This document shows positions 27,757-36,266 of a stretch of 36,956 nucleotides of DNA, one piece after another. Numbering within the stretch: the first letter of the stretch is position 1; each line of letters opens with the position of its first letter. Both the position numbers and the translations under genes were made by a program. The notes under the pieces were generated by a model, which worked only from the letters and a program-made list of their open reading frames with translations, made no database searches and was not told the DNA's origin. The stretch is taken from the NCBI GenBank assembly GCA_018221205.1, contig JAAOYF010000013.1:1-36956 (forward strand), read 5' to 3'. This stretch comes from Candidatus Woesearchaeota archaeon. GTDB lineage: Archaea > Nanobdellota > Nanobdellia > Woesearchaeales > WJIZ01.

Positions 27757-27957
27757 ATGGGAGAAGAATGTTGTTCTTCAGAAGGCGAGAAGAAAGATGC
27801 TTGCTGCGAAGACAAAAAAGACGAAAAATGTGAAGAAAAGAAGGAAGATTCTGTAGAAGAAAAGAAGGAAGAGTCTACTGAAGAAAAGAAGGAAGATTCT
27901 GTAGAAGAAAAGAAGGAAGAGTCTACTGAAGAAGCTTCAGGAAGCGATTCTGAGTAA
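27757..27957 (+). CDS. Small acidic low-complexity protein with two CC pairs
   Basis: SD AGGTGA; MGEECCSS...DACCED; EEKKE repeats; T-rich tract after stop. Confidence 0.7.
   Translation: MGEECCSSEGEKKDACCEDKKDEKCEEKKEDSVEEKKEESTEEKKEDSVEEKKEESTEEASGSDSE
27832..27933 (+). repeat. Coding tandem repeat: four 24-bp units (a 48-bp unit duplicated exactly)
   Basis: GAAGAAAAGAAGGAAGATTCTGTA / GAAGAAAAGAAGGAAGAGTCTACT alternating. Confidence 0.9.
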
Positions 27958-27989
27958 TTCTTTTATACCTTTTCTTTTTCTCTTTTTTT

Positions 27990-28580
27990 ATGGAATTCAT
28001 AACAATACTCAAGAAAGCTGAGAAGAGATTTGGATCTTCTTCTAAGAGATTGGCAGCTGAAGGTTGGAGAAAAGACTGGCAAGTCCTCGTCTCAACCATC
28101 ATGTCTGCACAAAGCAGAGATGAGACAACTATTCCTATTGCAGAGAACCTGTTCAAGAAATATCCTACACTAAAAAGCTTGGCGAATGCAAGGTATAATG
28201 ATGTGCTCAAAGCTTTGAAGAGTCTCAATTATAATAAGACAAAAGCAAAGCATATCATCGAAGCAGCAAAGATGATGGAAAGGATAGGGGTTCCTGATAC
28301 TATAGAAGAATTGGTTGAAATCCCTGGTGTAGGAAGAAAGACCGCTAACTTAGTCATGACAGAGGTCCATAATAAGCATGGCATCTGTGTCGATACTCAT
28401 GTCCATCGCATCAGTAATGTCCTTGGCTTTGTCAAGACAAAAACACCGGATAAGACTGAAAAAGAGCTTAAAAAGACCATTCCCAAAAGATATTGGTCAA
28501 GAATAAATAGATTGTTTGTCCTATGGGGAAAACAAGTGCCTGGAAAGGACAAAAAAAAGCTCTTAGATGCACTCAAATAA
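27990..28580 (+). CDS. nth: Endonuclease III (HhH-GPD) without the C-terminal 4Fe-4S motif
   Basis: SAQSRD, IPGVGRKTAN, VDTHVHRI; no CX6CX2CX5C. Confidence 0.88.
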   Translation: MEFITILKKAEKRFGSSSKRLAAEGWRKDWQVLVSTIMSAQSRDETTIPIAENLFKKYPTLKSLANARYNDVLKALKSLNYNKTKAKHIIEAAKMMERIGVPDTIEELVEIPGVGRKTANLVMTEVHNKHGICVDTHVHRISNVLGFVKTKTPDKTEKELKKTIPKRYWSRINRLFVLWGKQVPGKDKKKLLDALK

Positions 28581-28630
28581 GAAACGAAAACTTTAAAACT
28601 GGGCTGATTTCCAAAGTGAGAGGTGATATC

Positions 28631-29128
28631 ATGGCAATCCCAAAAAATGTTCTTACAGCATTGAATAAACAAATCAACGCAGAGTTCCTGGCAGCATACA
28701 AATATCTCGGCATGGCAGCCTATTTTGAGGATAAGAACCTTCCTGGAATGGCATCCTGGATGCACAACCAGACAAAGGAAGAGCTTGTCCATGGTATGAA
28801 ATTCTTCGACCATATCGTTGATAGGGGAGAGAAGATTGTTCTTGACAGCATACCCAAAGTGGTGGTCAGCTACCCCTCTGCCTTGGCGGTTTTCGAAGCT
28901 GCATATAAGCATGAGGTTGCTGTTACGAAAATGATCCATAATCTTGTTGAGACAGCAAAAAAGGCGAACGATCATACAGTGATGCCTATGCTTCAATGGT
29001 TCTTGAATGAGCAGATAGAAGAAGAGAAATCAACTGATGAGATTGTGCAGAAACTTAAGATGGTAAAAAGTGATTCTGCTGCTCTCTTGATGATTGACAC
29101 AGAATTAGCAAAGAGAAAGGAGGCATAA
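28631..29128 (+). CDS. ftn: Non-heme ferritin
   Basis: LNKQINAE, EELVHGMKF, HEVAVT, LQWFLNEQIEEE. Confidence 0.93.
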   Translation: MAIPKNVLTALNKQINAEFLAAYKYLGMAAYFEDKNLPGMASWMHNQTKEELVHGMKFFDHIVDRGEKIVLDSIPKVVVSYPSALAVFEAAYKHEVAVTKMIHNLVETAKKANDHTVMPMLQWFLNEQIEEEKSTDEIVQKLKMVKSDSAALLMIDTELAKRKEA

Positions 29129-29130
29129 AA

Positions 29131-29361
29131 ATGGCAGATGTAAAAGTATTCTCAACACCGACTTGTCCTTGGTGCACCAAGGTAAAGGAATTTCTGAAAG
29201 AGAAAGGCGTAGATTTCGAGGATTTTGATGTCTCGCAGGATGAAAAAGCAAGGAATGAGATGTTAGAAAAATCTGGTCAGATGGGCGTACCTGTCCTTGA
29301 TGTGAAAGGCACGATAATCGTCGGCTTTGATCAGAAGGCTATCGAAAAAGCATTAGAATGA
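29131..29361 (+). CDS. Glutaredoxin-like protein, copy 2
   Basis: FSTPTCPWC, SGQMGVPV; close paralog of 22400-22630. Confidence 0.92.
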   Translation: MADVKVFSTPTCPWCTKVKEFLKEKGVDFEDFDVSQDEKARNEMLEKSGQMGVPVLDVKGTIIVGFDQKAIEKALE

Positions 29362-30554
29362 AAGAAAAAGCCAAGGAGACCTTGGCACTTCACGAGAAAA
29401 ATAAAGGAAAGCTAGAGGTTAAGTCAAAAGTTCCCTTAAAGAATAGAAAAGACTTAAGCCTAGCGTATACTCCTGGAGTTGCCTATGTCTGTAGAGAGAT
29501 TGTTAAGAATAAAGATAATGCCTATAAATATACCACAAAGGCCAATTCTGTTGCCATTATCACTGATGGTTCGGCTGTGCTTGGCTTAGGTAATATCGGT
29601 GGCGTAGCTGGCCTTCCTGTTATGGAAGGAAAAGCTATCTTGTTTAAGGAATTTGCAGACATCGACGCTTTTCCCCTGTGCTTTGAGCGCTATACCCCTT
29701 ATTTTATCGAGGCTATCAAATGTCTTGCACCTTCATTCGGAGGCATCAACCTTGAGGATATCGCTGCCCCAAGATGTTTTGAGATTGAAGATGAATTGAA
29801 AGACATAGGCATTCCAGTCATGCACGACGATCAGCATGGAACAGCAGTAGTGTTGTTGGCAGCACTCATCAATGCCTGCAAAGTAACTGGCAAGAAATTG
29901 ACTGAACTCAGTGTTGTGGTCAATGGAGCAGGCGCAGCAGGCTTTGCCATTACAAGATTCCTCCATTGTTTAGGCATAGATAATAAAATGTGTAAGAAAG
30001 TGAAGAAGCTCATTGTTTGCGATACAAAAGGCATTATCCATAGAAGCAGATTAGAATTGCTTGATAATAAGTATAAATATATCATTGCCCAGGAGACAAA
30101 TCATGAAAATAGGGTGGGTACGCTGAAAGAAGCTATCGTAGGAGCAGATGTCTTTATCGGCGTTTCCACGTGTAGAATACTTACCCAAGAAATGATCAAG
30201 ACCATGAATCCAGATCCTATTATCTTTGCCATGGCCAATCCTGTTCCTGAGATCTATCCTGAAGAAGCGTTTAAGGCAGGCGCATCTATCGTCGGCACAG
30301 GACGGTCTGACTTTGACAACCAAATCAATAATGTATTGGCATTCCCCGGTATCTTCAGGGGCGCATTAGATGTCCGCGCCCGAAAGATAACTGATCATAT
30401 GCTGTTGGCAGCTGCCTACGCTATTGCAAAATCAGTGAAAAAACCAAAAAAGAACATGATCGTCCCCAGCGTGCTTGATAAAAGTGTTGCGAAAGCTGTT
30501 GCAAAGGCTGTTTCTAAAGCAGCTAAAAAAGACAAAGTAGCTAGGATATTTTAA
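29358..30554 (+). CDS. NAD(P)-dependent malic enzyme (short type)
   Basis: [38 protein letters not shown]. Confidence 0.93.
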   Translation: MKEKAKETLALHEKNKGKLEVKSKVPLKNRKDLSLAYTPGVAYVCREIVKNKDNAYKYTTKANSVAIITDGSAVLGLGNIGGVAGLPVMEGKAILFKEFADIDAFPLCFERYTPYFIEAIKCLAPSFGGINLEDIAAPRCFEIEDELKDIGIPVMHDDQHGTAVVLLAALINACKVTGKKLTELSVVVNGAGAAGFAITRFLHCLGIDNKMCKKVKKLIVCDTKGIIHRSRLELLDNKYKYIIAQETNHENRVGTLKEAIVGADVFIGVSTCRILTQEMIKTMNPDPIIFAMANPVPEIYPEEAFKAGASIVGTGRSDFDNQINNVLAFPGIFRGALDVRARKITDHMLLAAAYAIAKSVKKPKKNMIVPSVLDKSVAKAVAKAVSKAAKKDKVARIF

Positions 30555-30578
30555 TAATCAAGAATAAGAAATAAAAAA

Positions 30579-31175
30579 TTAATTTAGCGCATTCAAGATT
30601 TCTTGCTTAAAGGTATCATACTGCCAGCTAGCTATTGGCTTTCCGTTCAGGAAGATAGTTGGCGTTCCTGAAACACCCGCTGCCAATCCTTGACGATATT
30701 CTCCGCTGACGATCTTTCCTTTCTTTCCACTGCCTAGACAGGCTTTGAAAGAATCAATATCAAGTGAAAGAGCCTCTGCGTATTTGATAAGGTCTGTCCT
30801 TCCCAGCCGATTTTGATTGCTGAAGAGCATATCTCCATATTCTACAAATTTACCCTGATCATTGGCACATTCTGCTGCCTCTGCAGCTAGCTGAGCATAA
30901 GGATGGATGCTCGAGATAGGAAAATGCTTGAATTCATAGCTGACATTCTCCTTGAACTCTTCAACAATCCGCTTCACTGATGGGTGTGCAGCTCCGCATG
31001 CTGGACACTGGTAATCTGCATATTCCACTAACCTGACAGCTGCTGCCGGATTTCCCTGTATAGGCTTAGGTGTGATAGTGTCAGGATAATCTGGTGCCTT
31101 GAAGATGAAGAACGAACCTATGATCGCAATGATGACAATCCCCCAAAAAAGCATTTTCTTCTGTTGTTTTTTCAT
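30579..31175 (-). CDS. Membrane-anchored DsbA-family oxidoreductase
   Basis: N-terminal TM; EYADYQCPAC; GVSGTPT. Confidence 0.9.
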   Translation of the reverse strand: MKKQQKKMLFWGIVIIAIIGSFFIFKAPDYPDTITPKPIQGNPAAAVRLVEYADYQCPACGAAHPSVKRIVEEFKENVSYEFKHFPISSIHPYAQLAAEAAECANDQGKFVEYGDMLFSNQNRLGRTDLIKYAEALSLDIDSFKACLGSGKKGKIVSGEYRQGLAAGVSGTPTIFLNGKPIASWQYDTFKQEILNALN

Positions 31176-31290
31176 TTTTTACCTCCTAAAAAATGAAGCT
31201 CGTAAATCCTACAAGAATCCATAGATTCTTGAGGTTCAAAAATCTTTGATTTTTGTAACCTTGATTTACGCTGTTTCATTTTTTGACCTC
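31171..31290. repeat. Three-way-junction palindromic element between duplicated SD-ATGA junctions
   Basis: Outer stem CGTAAATC/GATTTACG; hairpins CAAGAATC-N4-GATTCTTG and CAAAAATC-TTT-GATTTTTG; flanks TTCATTTTTT(G)ACCTC. Confidence 0.7.
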
Positions 31291-31770
31291 TTTTATTTTA
31301 CACACTGGATTTTTACTTAAGTAATAAGCAGAAATGATCAAGAGGATTGCTGAAATGGCCAGGAGTTCCACACCAAAAAAAGGAAGATTGCCGAGAGTTG
31401 CCGTTACCCCAAATAATCCGAGAAATGCTGGAAACAACCCTACAAAACAGCCAGGACATGCTCCTGCTAACAATCCTCCAAAAGCGCCAACAGCTGCAAT
31501 GCCGCTATGTGCCTGTAATCTCTTCATCTCTTGAAACTTAAAGACAATGAGGTTGATATTCAGAGCGACAAGAATGGGCAAGAGTATGTTGAACAGAAGA
31601 TGAGGGATAAGGATGTGTAGAGGAAGGTTGAATAATACAGTATAAGATATATGGAGCTGATTGATCACTGTATTAAGGGCTATATACCCAAGAATAATCA
31701 AAATAAAAGAATAAACATAGGGTTTCCGGATGGAAACCCGTTTAATTTTCTCGATTTGCGAGCTGTCCAT
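31276..31770 (-). CDS. 4-TM membrane protein with CxxC (ACPGC), between two DsbA genes
   Basis: Hydrophobic helices, GACPGC, terminal VCKI; likely start ATG 31770. Confidence 0.75.
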   Translation of the reverse strand: MDSSQIEKIKRVSIRKPYVYSFILIILGYIALNTVINQLHISYTVLFNLPLHILIPHLLFNILLPILVALNINLIVFKFQEMKRLQAHSGIAAVGAFGGLLAGACPGCFVGLFPAFLGLFGVTATLGNLPFFGVELLAISAILLIISAYYLSKNPVCKIKEVKK

Positions 31771-31771
31771 T

Positions 31772-32488
31772 TCAATTGAGTGCTTTTTCGATAGCTGCTT
31801 GGAAAGCTGCAAATGGCTGGGCTCCACTGAGCAGTTCACCATTGATGATGAATCCCGGAGTTCCTCTGATGCCTGCAGCACTGCCGTCTCTCATATCTTT
31901 CTGGACTTCAGCAGCGTGCGTGTCTGAATCAAGGCAGTCATTGAAATCTCCTGTATCAAGGCCAAGGTCTGAAGCAAAGCTCTTGAAACTAGTCACTCCG
32001 CCTGCAGCACCTTCATCAAACAGTTTGTCATGCATCTCCCAGAATTTATCCTGATCGCCGGCACATTCAGCTGCTTCAGCTGCTTTCTGTGCATTAGGAT
32101 GGAAGCTCAAAGGAAAGTCTCGATAGACAAACTTGACTTTTCCTGTATCGATATACTCAGTCTGGATCCGATCAAGAGTCTGGCTGTAGAATTTGTCACA
32201 GAACTGACATTCAAAGTCACCGAATTCAACAATGGTAACCGGAGCATCTGGATCTCCCTTGACAGCATCATCATCGACCAATGCTTCCATGTCCACATTT
32301 GGTGCAGCAGGGCTTGGTGCTGAAGGTGCCTGTTGGGTTGGAGCTGCTTTGAGTGCTACTTGACCACTGCCAGTTCCTAATCTGTCATTGAGTGTATTCA
32401 ACTGGAACGAGATCACCAATAATAGAACAACGCTGATGACTGTCCCCCACATCTGAATTTTACTTGTACTGATTTTCTTTTCGGTTAT
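31772..32488 (-). CDS. Membrane-anchored DsbA-family oxidoreductase; start uncertain
   Basis: GDPDAPVTIVEFGDFECQFC, RDFPL, GIRGTP, GAQP; SD GAGGTGG precedes in-frame ATA at 32488. Confidence 0.88.
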   Translation of the reverse strand: MTEKKISTSKIQMWGTVISVVLLLVISFQLNTLNDRLGTGSGQVALKAAPTQQAPSAPSPAAPNVDMEALVDDDAVKGDPDAPVTIVEFGDFECQFCDKFYSQTLDRIQTEYIDTGKVKFVYRDFPLSFHPNAQKAAEAAECAGDQDKFWEMHDKLFDEGAAGGVTSFKSFASDLGLDTGDFNDCLDSDTHAAEVQKDMRDGSAAGIRGTPGFIINGELLSGAQPFAAFQAAIEKALN

Positions 32489-32551
32489 TTTAACCACCTC
32501 GCAATTCAACTGAATAAACCATTTTCCTTTATAAATATAGTTAAAGAATAG

Positions 32552-33601
32552 TTAAAATTCTGTATGAAGAAATTTTGCCCTGCCTTCCTTCTTCAGGCTG
32601 ACCATGCCCTTCTCTTCAAGGTAGTTGAGCCTAGACAAAACAGTAGGGTGAGTGACATTAAGATGCTTCTTCAGATCAGAGATCGTGACTTTTCTATGCA
32701 GCTCAGAACTCATTTTAATAAAATCAATGATAGCAAGATGGTCCTTGCTCAAGAGCTTTTCATCAATCTGTGCCTTCTGGACAGGATTCTTGGCTTGTTC
32801 ATGGATGACATCAAACACTTTATTGATGTTCGCCTGCAATTTCCCTATCTCTTCAATACCTTCGAAAGGGTTCAAAGAGACAGTATAATCGCCATCCACG
32901 AATTCCTGCGCTTTTGAGATGGTCTCATCGATGGGCTTGACAATAGTGGTGCTGAACTTCTTGATCTTGAGTGCAAGCAACACTAAAAATACAATGAACA
33001 ATACGATCATCAACCCGAAATAGAGCTGCGCCCTCAGTAAAAGGCCTTGACGGAGAACAGCATTCCGGCTGTTGATCTGCTGGATGATCTGTGAAAATTC
33101 AACTGCTGCTTTATTGAGGTTACTCTGATGGACATCCAATAGTATGTTCTTGTCAAAGTTCAGATCAGCAGGTGTCTGCACATCCTCCTTATGGACAGCA
33201 ATGATCTGGTTCCTGGTTTCAACAATATCATCATTCAGTTCCTTTGCGATGGCAAACTGAGCAATAATCTTCTCATCGCTGATGACAGCTGAATTAATAA
33301 GCTCCTCAACTTCGTCAATCACCTGTTGGGTCCCTTGGCTTGACTGGGCAAAAAGCTCATCACTCTGAAGAATAGTATTATAATCAGCTGTCTTCAGATA
33401 ATCTGTCAGAAGCATGTCATCTTTATACACTGCAGAAAGCATATATCCCAGTGCATCTAATGCCGGATCTGCTTCAGTGATGAGAGAATTGACAGAATGG
33501 CTATATTGTAAGAAGAGTACTGTCATGATTATGGTAATGCTGACAAAAACCATCCCTAAACCAAGCACTTCCTTGCTTAAACGCTTCCTGAGATGCATCA
33601 T
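32552..33601 (-). CDS. Membrane sensor - HAMP - winged-HTH one-component regulator
   Basis: TM1, ~160-aa helical external domain, TM2, HAMP (IVKPI...GDY...EEIGKL...IN), wHTH (TISDLKKHLNVTHPTVLSRLNYLEEKG). Confidence 0.75.
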   Translation of the reverse strand: MMHLRKRLSKEVLGLGMVFVSITIIMTVLFLQYSHSVNSLITEADPALDALGYMLSAVYKDDMLLTDYLKTADYNTILQSDELFAQSSQGTQQVIDEVEELINSAVISDEKIIAQFAIAKELNDDIVETRNQIIAVHKEDVQTPADLNFDKNILLDVHQSNLNKAAVEFSQIIQQINSRNAVLRQGLLLRAQLYFGLMIVLFIVFLVLLALKIKKFSTTIVKPIDETISKAQEFVDGDYTVSLNPFEGIEEIGKLQANINKVFDVIHEQAKNPVQKAQIDEKLLSKDHLAIIDFIKMSSELHRKVTISDLKKHLNVTHPTVLSRLNYLEEKGMVSLKKEGRAKFLHTEF

Positions 33602-33683
33602 CCCTCTAAATCCGCGTATTCTATATATAGTTTTCCTTTAAAGAGAAGCAAGATTTAAAAACGCCTTTCAGTTACGCTTTTGA

Positions 33684-34349
33684 ATGAAATTCCGGGCTAA
33701 AATCAGATCTTTCAAGGATATAACACCCACAGTGAGGCACTTTAACCTAGAAGTACCCTTAGAGATCGATTTCAAGGCTGGTCAGTTCCTTATAACTGAT
33801 ATTCCTACTGAAACAGGAAAAGTAAAGAGATCATATTCCATTGCCTCTGATCCTACAAAGAAAGGCATCATTGAACTGTGTGTGAAGAAGATAGAGAATG
33901 GTGTAGGGACAAGATTCTATTTCAATCTGAAAGAAGGAGATACTATCGATTATACTGGTCCCGTAGGTCCGTTCAAGATAAAGGATTACCAGAAAAACAT
34001 AGCATTCATCTCTACGGGAACAGGGATAGCGCCTTTCAGGGCTATGATTCCTGATGTTTTAAGGCAATCTGATAAGAAAGTCGTCCTGCTGACTGGTTAT
34101 CGTTATGATGAAGAGCTCCTTTATGATAAAGAAATGAAAGAACTCCAAGAAAAATACCCTAATTTTTCCTACTACACTTGCATCAGCCGCCCAAAAGAGG
34201 GAAAAGGCAAGTATGTCCAGGAATTATTAGAGCATCTTCCTGAAGATGCAGCTGTCTATCTCTGCGGTTTAAGAGCAATGATCGATGATATAACAAAGAA
34301 ATTAGAAGAAAAAGGGATAAAAAACATCTATTTCGAGAGATATGATTAG
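33684..34349 (+). CDS. FNR-like FAD/NAD(P)-binding oxidoreductase
   Basis: [33 protein letters not shown]. Confidence 0.9.
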   Translation: MKFRAKIRSFKDITPTVRHFNLEVPLEIDFKAGQFLITDIPTETGKVKRSYSIASDPTKKGIIELCVKKIENGVGTRFYFNLKEGDTIDYTGPVGPFKIKDYQKNIAFISTGTGIAPFRAMIPDVLRQSDKKVVLLTGYRYDEELLYDKEMKELQEKYPNFSYYTCISRPKEGKGKYVQELLEHLPEDAAVYLCGLRAMIDDITKKLEEKGIKNIYFERYD

Positions 34350-34939
34350 AATCTCTTGCTGACTTCTTCCCAATTGACAACATTCCAAAAAGCCTTGACA
34401 TAATCAGGCCTTTTGTTCTGGTAATTGAGATAATACGCATGCTCCCAAACATCTAAGCCAAGTAAAGGCACTTTCCCTTCTGAAAGTGGACTGTCTTGAT
34501 TGGCTGTAGACATAACAGCAACATCATCACCATCTTTGACAAGCCATACCCAGCCACTTCCAAATCGCGTAGCAGCTGCAGCTGAGAATTCTTCGACAAA
34601 CTTCTCAAAGCTTCCGAATTTCTTATCAATAGCTTCTGCCAATTTCCCAGATGGTTTTCCCCCTCCTTTAGGACTTAAGATTTTCCAGAACAATGAATGG
34701 TTGGCATGGCCTCCTCCGTGGTTCTGGACAGCTTTCCGGATTTCATTTGGAACACTCTTCAGATCCTTAAGAATCTCATGGACATCCTTATTCTCTAAAT
34801 CTGTCCCTTTGATAGCAGCAACTAATTTATTGATGTATGCTTGATGATGCTTCGTATGATGGATCTCCATCGTCTTCGCATCGATGTGCGGCTCTAGCGC
34901 ATTATAGTCATAATCTAGTTTTGGTAGTTCGATTTTCAT
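34346..34939 (-). CDS. sod: Fe/Mn superoxide dismutase
   Basis: [35 protein letters not shown] before ATG 34939. Confidence 0.96.
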   Translation of the reverse strand: MKIELPKLDYDYNALEPHIDAKTMEIHHTKHHQAYINKLVAAIKGTDLENKDVHEILKDLKSVPNEIRKAVQNHGGGHANHSLFWKILSPKGGGKPSGKLAEAIDKKFGSFEKFVEEFSAAAATRFGSGWVWLVKDGDDVAVMSTANQDSPLSEGKVPLLGLDVWEHAYYLNYQNKRPDYVKAFWNVVNWEEVSKRF

Positions 34940-34950
34940 TTTTTGCCTCC

Positions 34951-35024
34951 GTGGGCTTGAGCGAAGCGAAACCCACGCTTTTTGCGAGATTTTTAAGCGA
35001 GCTCTGCGAGCGGGCAAAAATCTC
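34951..35024 (-). repeat. Two-hairpin palindromic element between iscA-like gene and sod
   Basis: GAGATTTTTG...AAAAATCTC-GCAAAAAGC-GTGGGTTT-CGCTTCGCTC-AAGCCCAC on minus strand. Confidence 0.75.
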
Positions 35025-35595
35025 AGCGGAAAGAAGATCCGCAGCCACACGTCTTGGCTGCATTCGGATTCTCAATTTTAAATCCTTGTTCCTTTAATGT
35101 CTCGACAAAATCAACATTGCACCCATGCAACATTTCCATCGACTGTTTATCAACAACAACCTTCAAACCTTTTTTATCAAGTTCAAGGTCATCAGCACCT
35201 TTCTTGTCTTCGAAGGCCATAAGATAGCTGAATCCAGAACAGCCGCCAGTAGTGATACCCACTCTAAAATAAGATTCAGTCTTTTTTTCCTTCTCTCTGA
35301 TCTCTTTGATCTTATCGACTGCCTTATCAGTAAAGGTAATGTCCATCTTTGTATAATCAAGATCTTTCGGAGCTTCCTTCTGCGGTTGATTGGCTGCTTT
35401 ATTCGCATCCTTAATCATCTTCTCAACAACTTCTGGAGGCATACCATGGCCCAAAGCGCCTTGCTCCAAAGTCTCCATCGGAGAGACAGCACACCCAACA
35501 CAGCTCAGTCCATAACCCATTAGGACCTCTACTGCTTTTGGATATTTCTGGACAATATCTCCGATAATGGTATCTTTAGTGATCAATTCTGCCAT
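35023..35595 (-). CDS. DUF1858-like domain fused to HesB/IscA A-type Fe-S carrier
   Basis: YGLSCVGC...[19 protein letters not shown]...[12 protein letters not shown]. Confidence 0.88.
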   Translation of the reverse strand: MAELITKDTIIGDIVQKYPKAVEVLMGYGLSCVGCAVSPMETLEQGALGHGMPPEVVEKMIKDANKAANQPQKEAPKDLDYTKMDITFTDKAVDKIKEIREKEKKTESYFRVGITTGGCSGFSYLMAFEDKKGADDLELDKKGLKVVVDKQSMEMLHGCNVDFVETLKEQGFKIENPNAAKTCGCGSSFR

Positions 35596-35689
35596 TCACT
35601 TAACGATTGTTATCTCATATAAAAAGATTATGTTTAATCGTGTGAACATTTATAAAGCAGCAATAGTTACATCTGGATGAGGTGTTATT

Positions 35690-36265
35690 ATGATATGTAT
35701 AAACGAAAAAGCTCCAGATTTCAAAGAAGATGCCTTTGTTGACGGCGAAATCAAGAAGATCAGCCTATCTGACTATAAAGGAAAATGGGTGATATTATTC
35801 TTCTATCCTGCTGACTTTACTTTTGTCTGCCCTACAGAATTAGGTGATTTGGCTGATAATTATGATAAGTTTAAGGAATTAGGGGCAGAAGTTATTAGTG
35901 TTAGTGTTGATACTGCTTTTGTCCATAAAGCATGGCATGATAATTCTGATACTATTAAAAAAATTAAATACCCTATGCTTGCTGATCCTACAAAAAGAGT
36001 GTGTTCAGCTTATGGCACGTTAATTGACCATGATAAACCTGATGAAGGCTTATCTTTGAGAGCCACAATACTCATTGATCCAGAAGGAATTGTTAAGGCG
36101 TTTGAATTTCATAATAACGATATTGGTCGCAATACTGAGGAACTCCTAAGAAAAATTGAAGCTGCAAAATTTGTTGAAAAGAATAAAGGACAGGTATGTC
36201 CTATGAATTGGAAGCCAGGAGAAAAGACCTTGAAGCCCGGACTTGATTTAGTAGGCAAGATTTAG
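35690..36265 (+). CDS. ahpC: 2-Cys peroxiredoxin
   Basis: FFYPADFTFVCPTE, GRN, VCP. Confidence 0.95.
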   Translation: MICINEKAPDFKEDAFVDGEIKKISLSDYKGKWVILFFYPADFTFVCPTELGDLADNYDKFKELGAEVISVSVDTAFVHKAWHDNSDTIKKIKYPMLADPTKRVCSAYGTLIDHDKPDEGLSLRATILIDPEGIVKAFEFHNNDIGRNTEELLRKIEAAKFVEKNKGQVCPMNWKPGEKTLKPGLDLVGKI

Positions 36266-36266
36266 C

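Noticed and set aside
27832..27933. Direct repeats as a CRISPR array
   Set aside because: Contiguous in-frame coding repeats with no spacers
34940..35050. N-terminal extension of SOD in the ORF track
   Set aside because: Reads through the palindromic element and the iscA-like 3' end; SD and homology point to ATG 34939
19192..36265. Selenocysteine recoding in redox proteins
   Set aside because: All CxxC sites seen use Cys codons; no in-frame TGA at active sites
35830..36265. Apparent shift to T-ending codons within ahpC
   Set aside because: Impression by eye only; cannot be quantified here and may reflect expression bias
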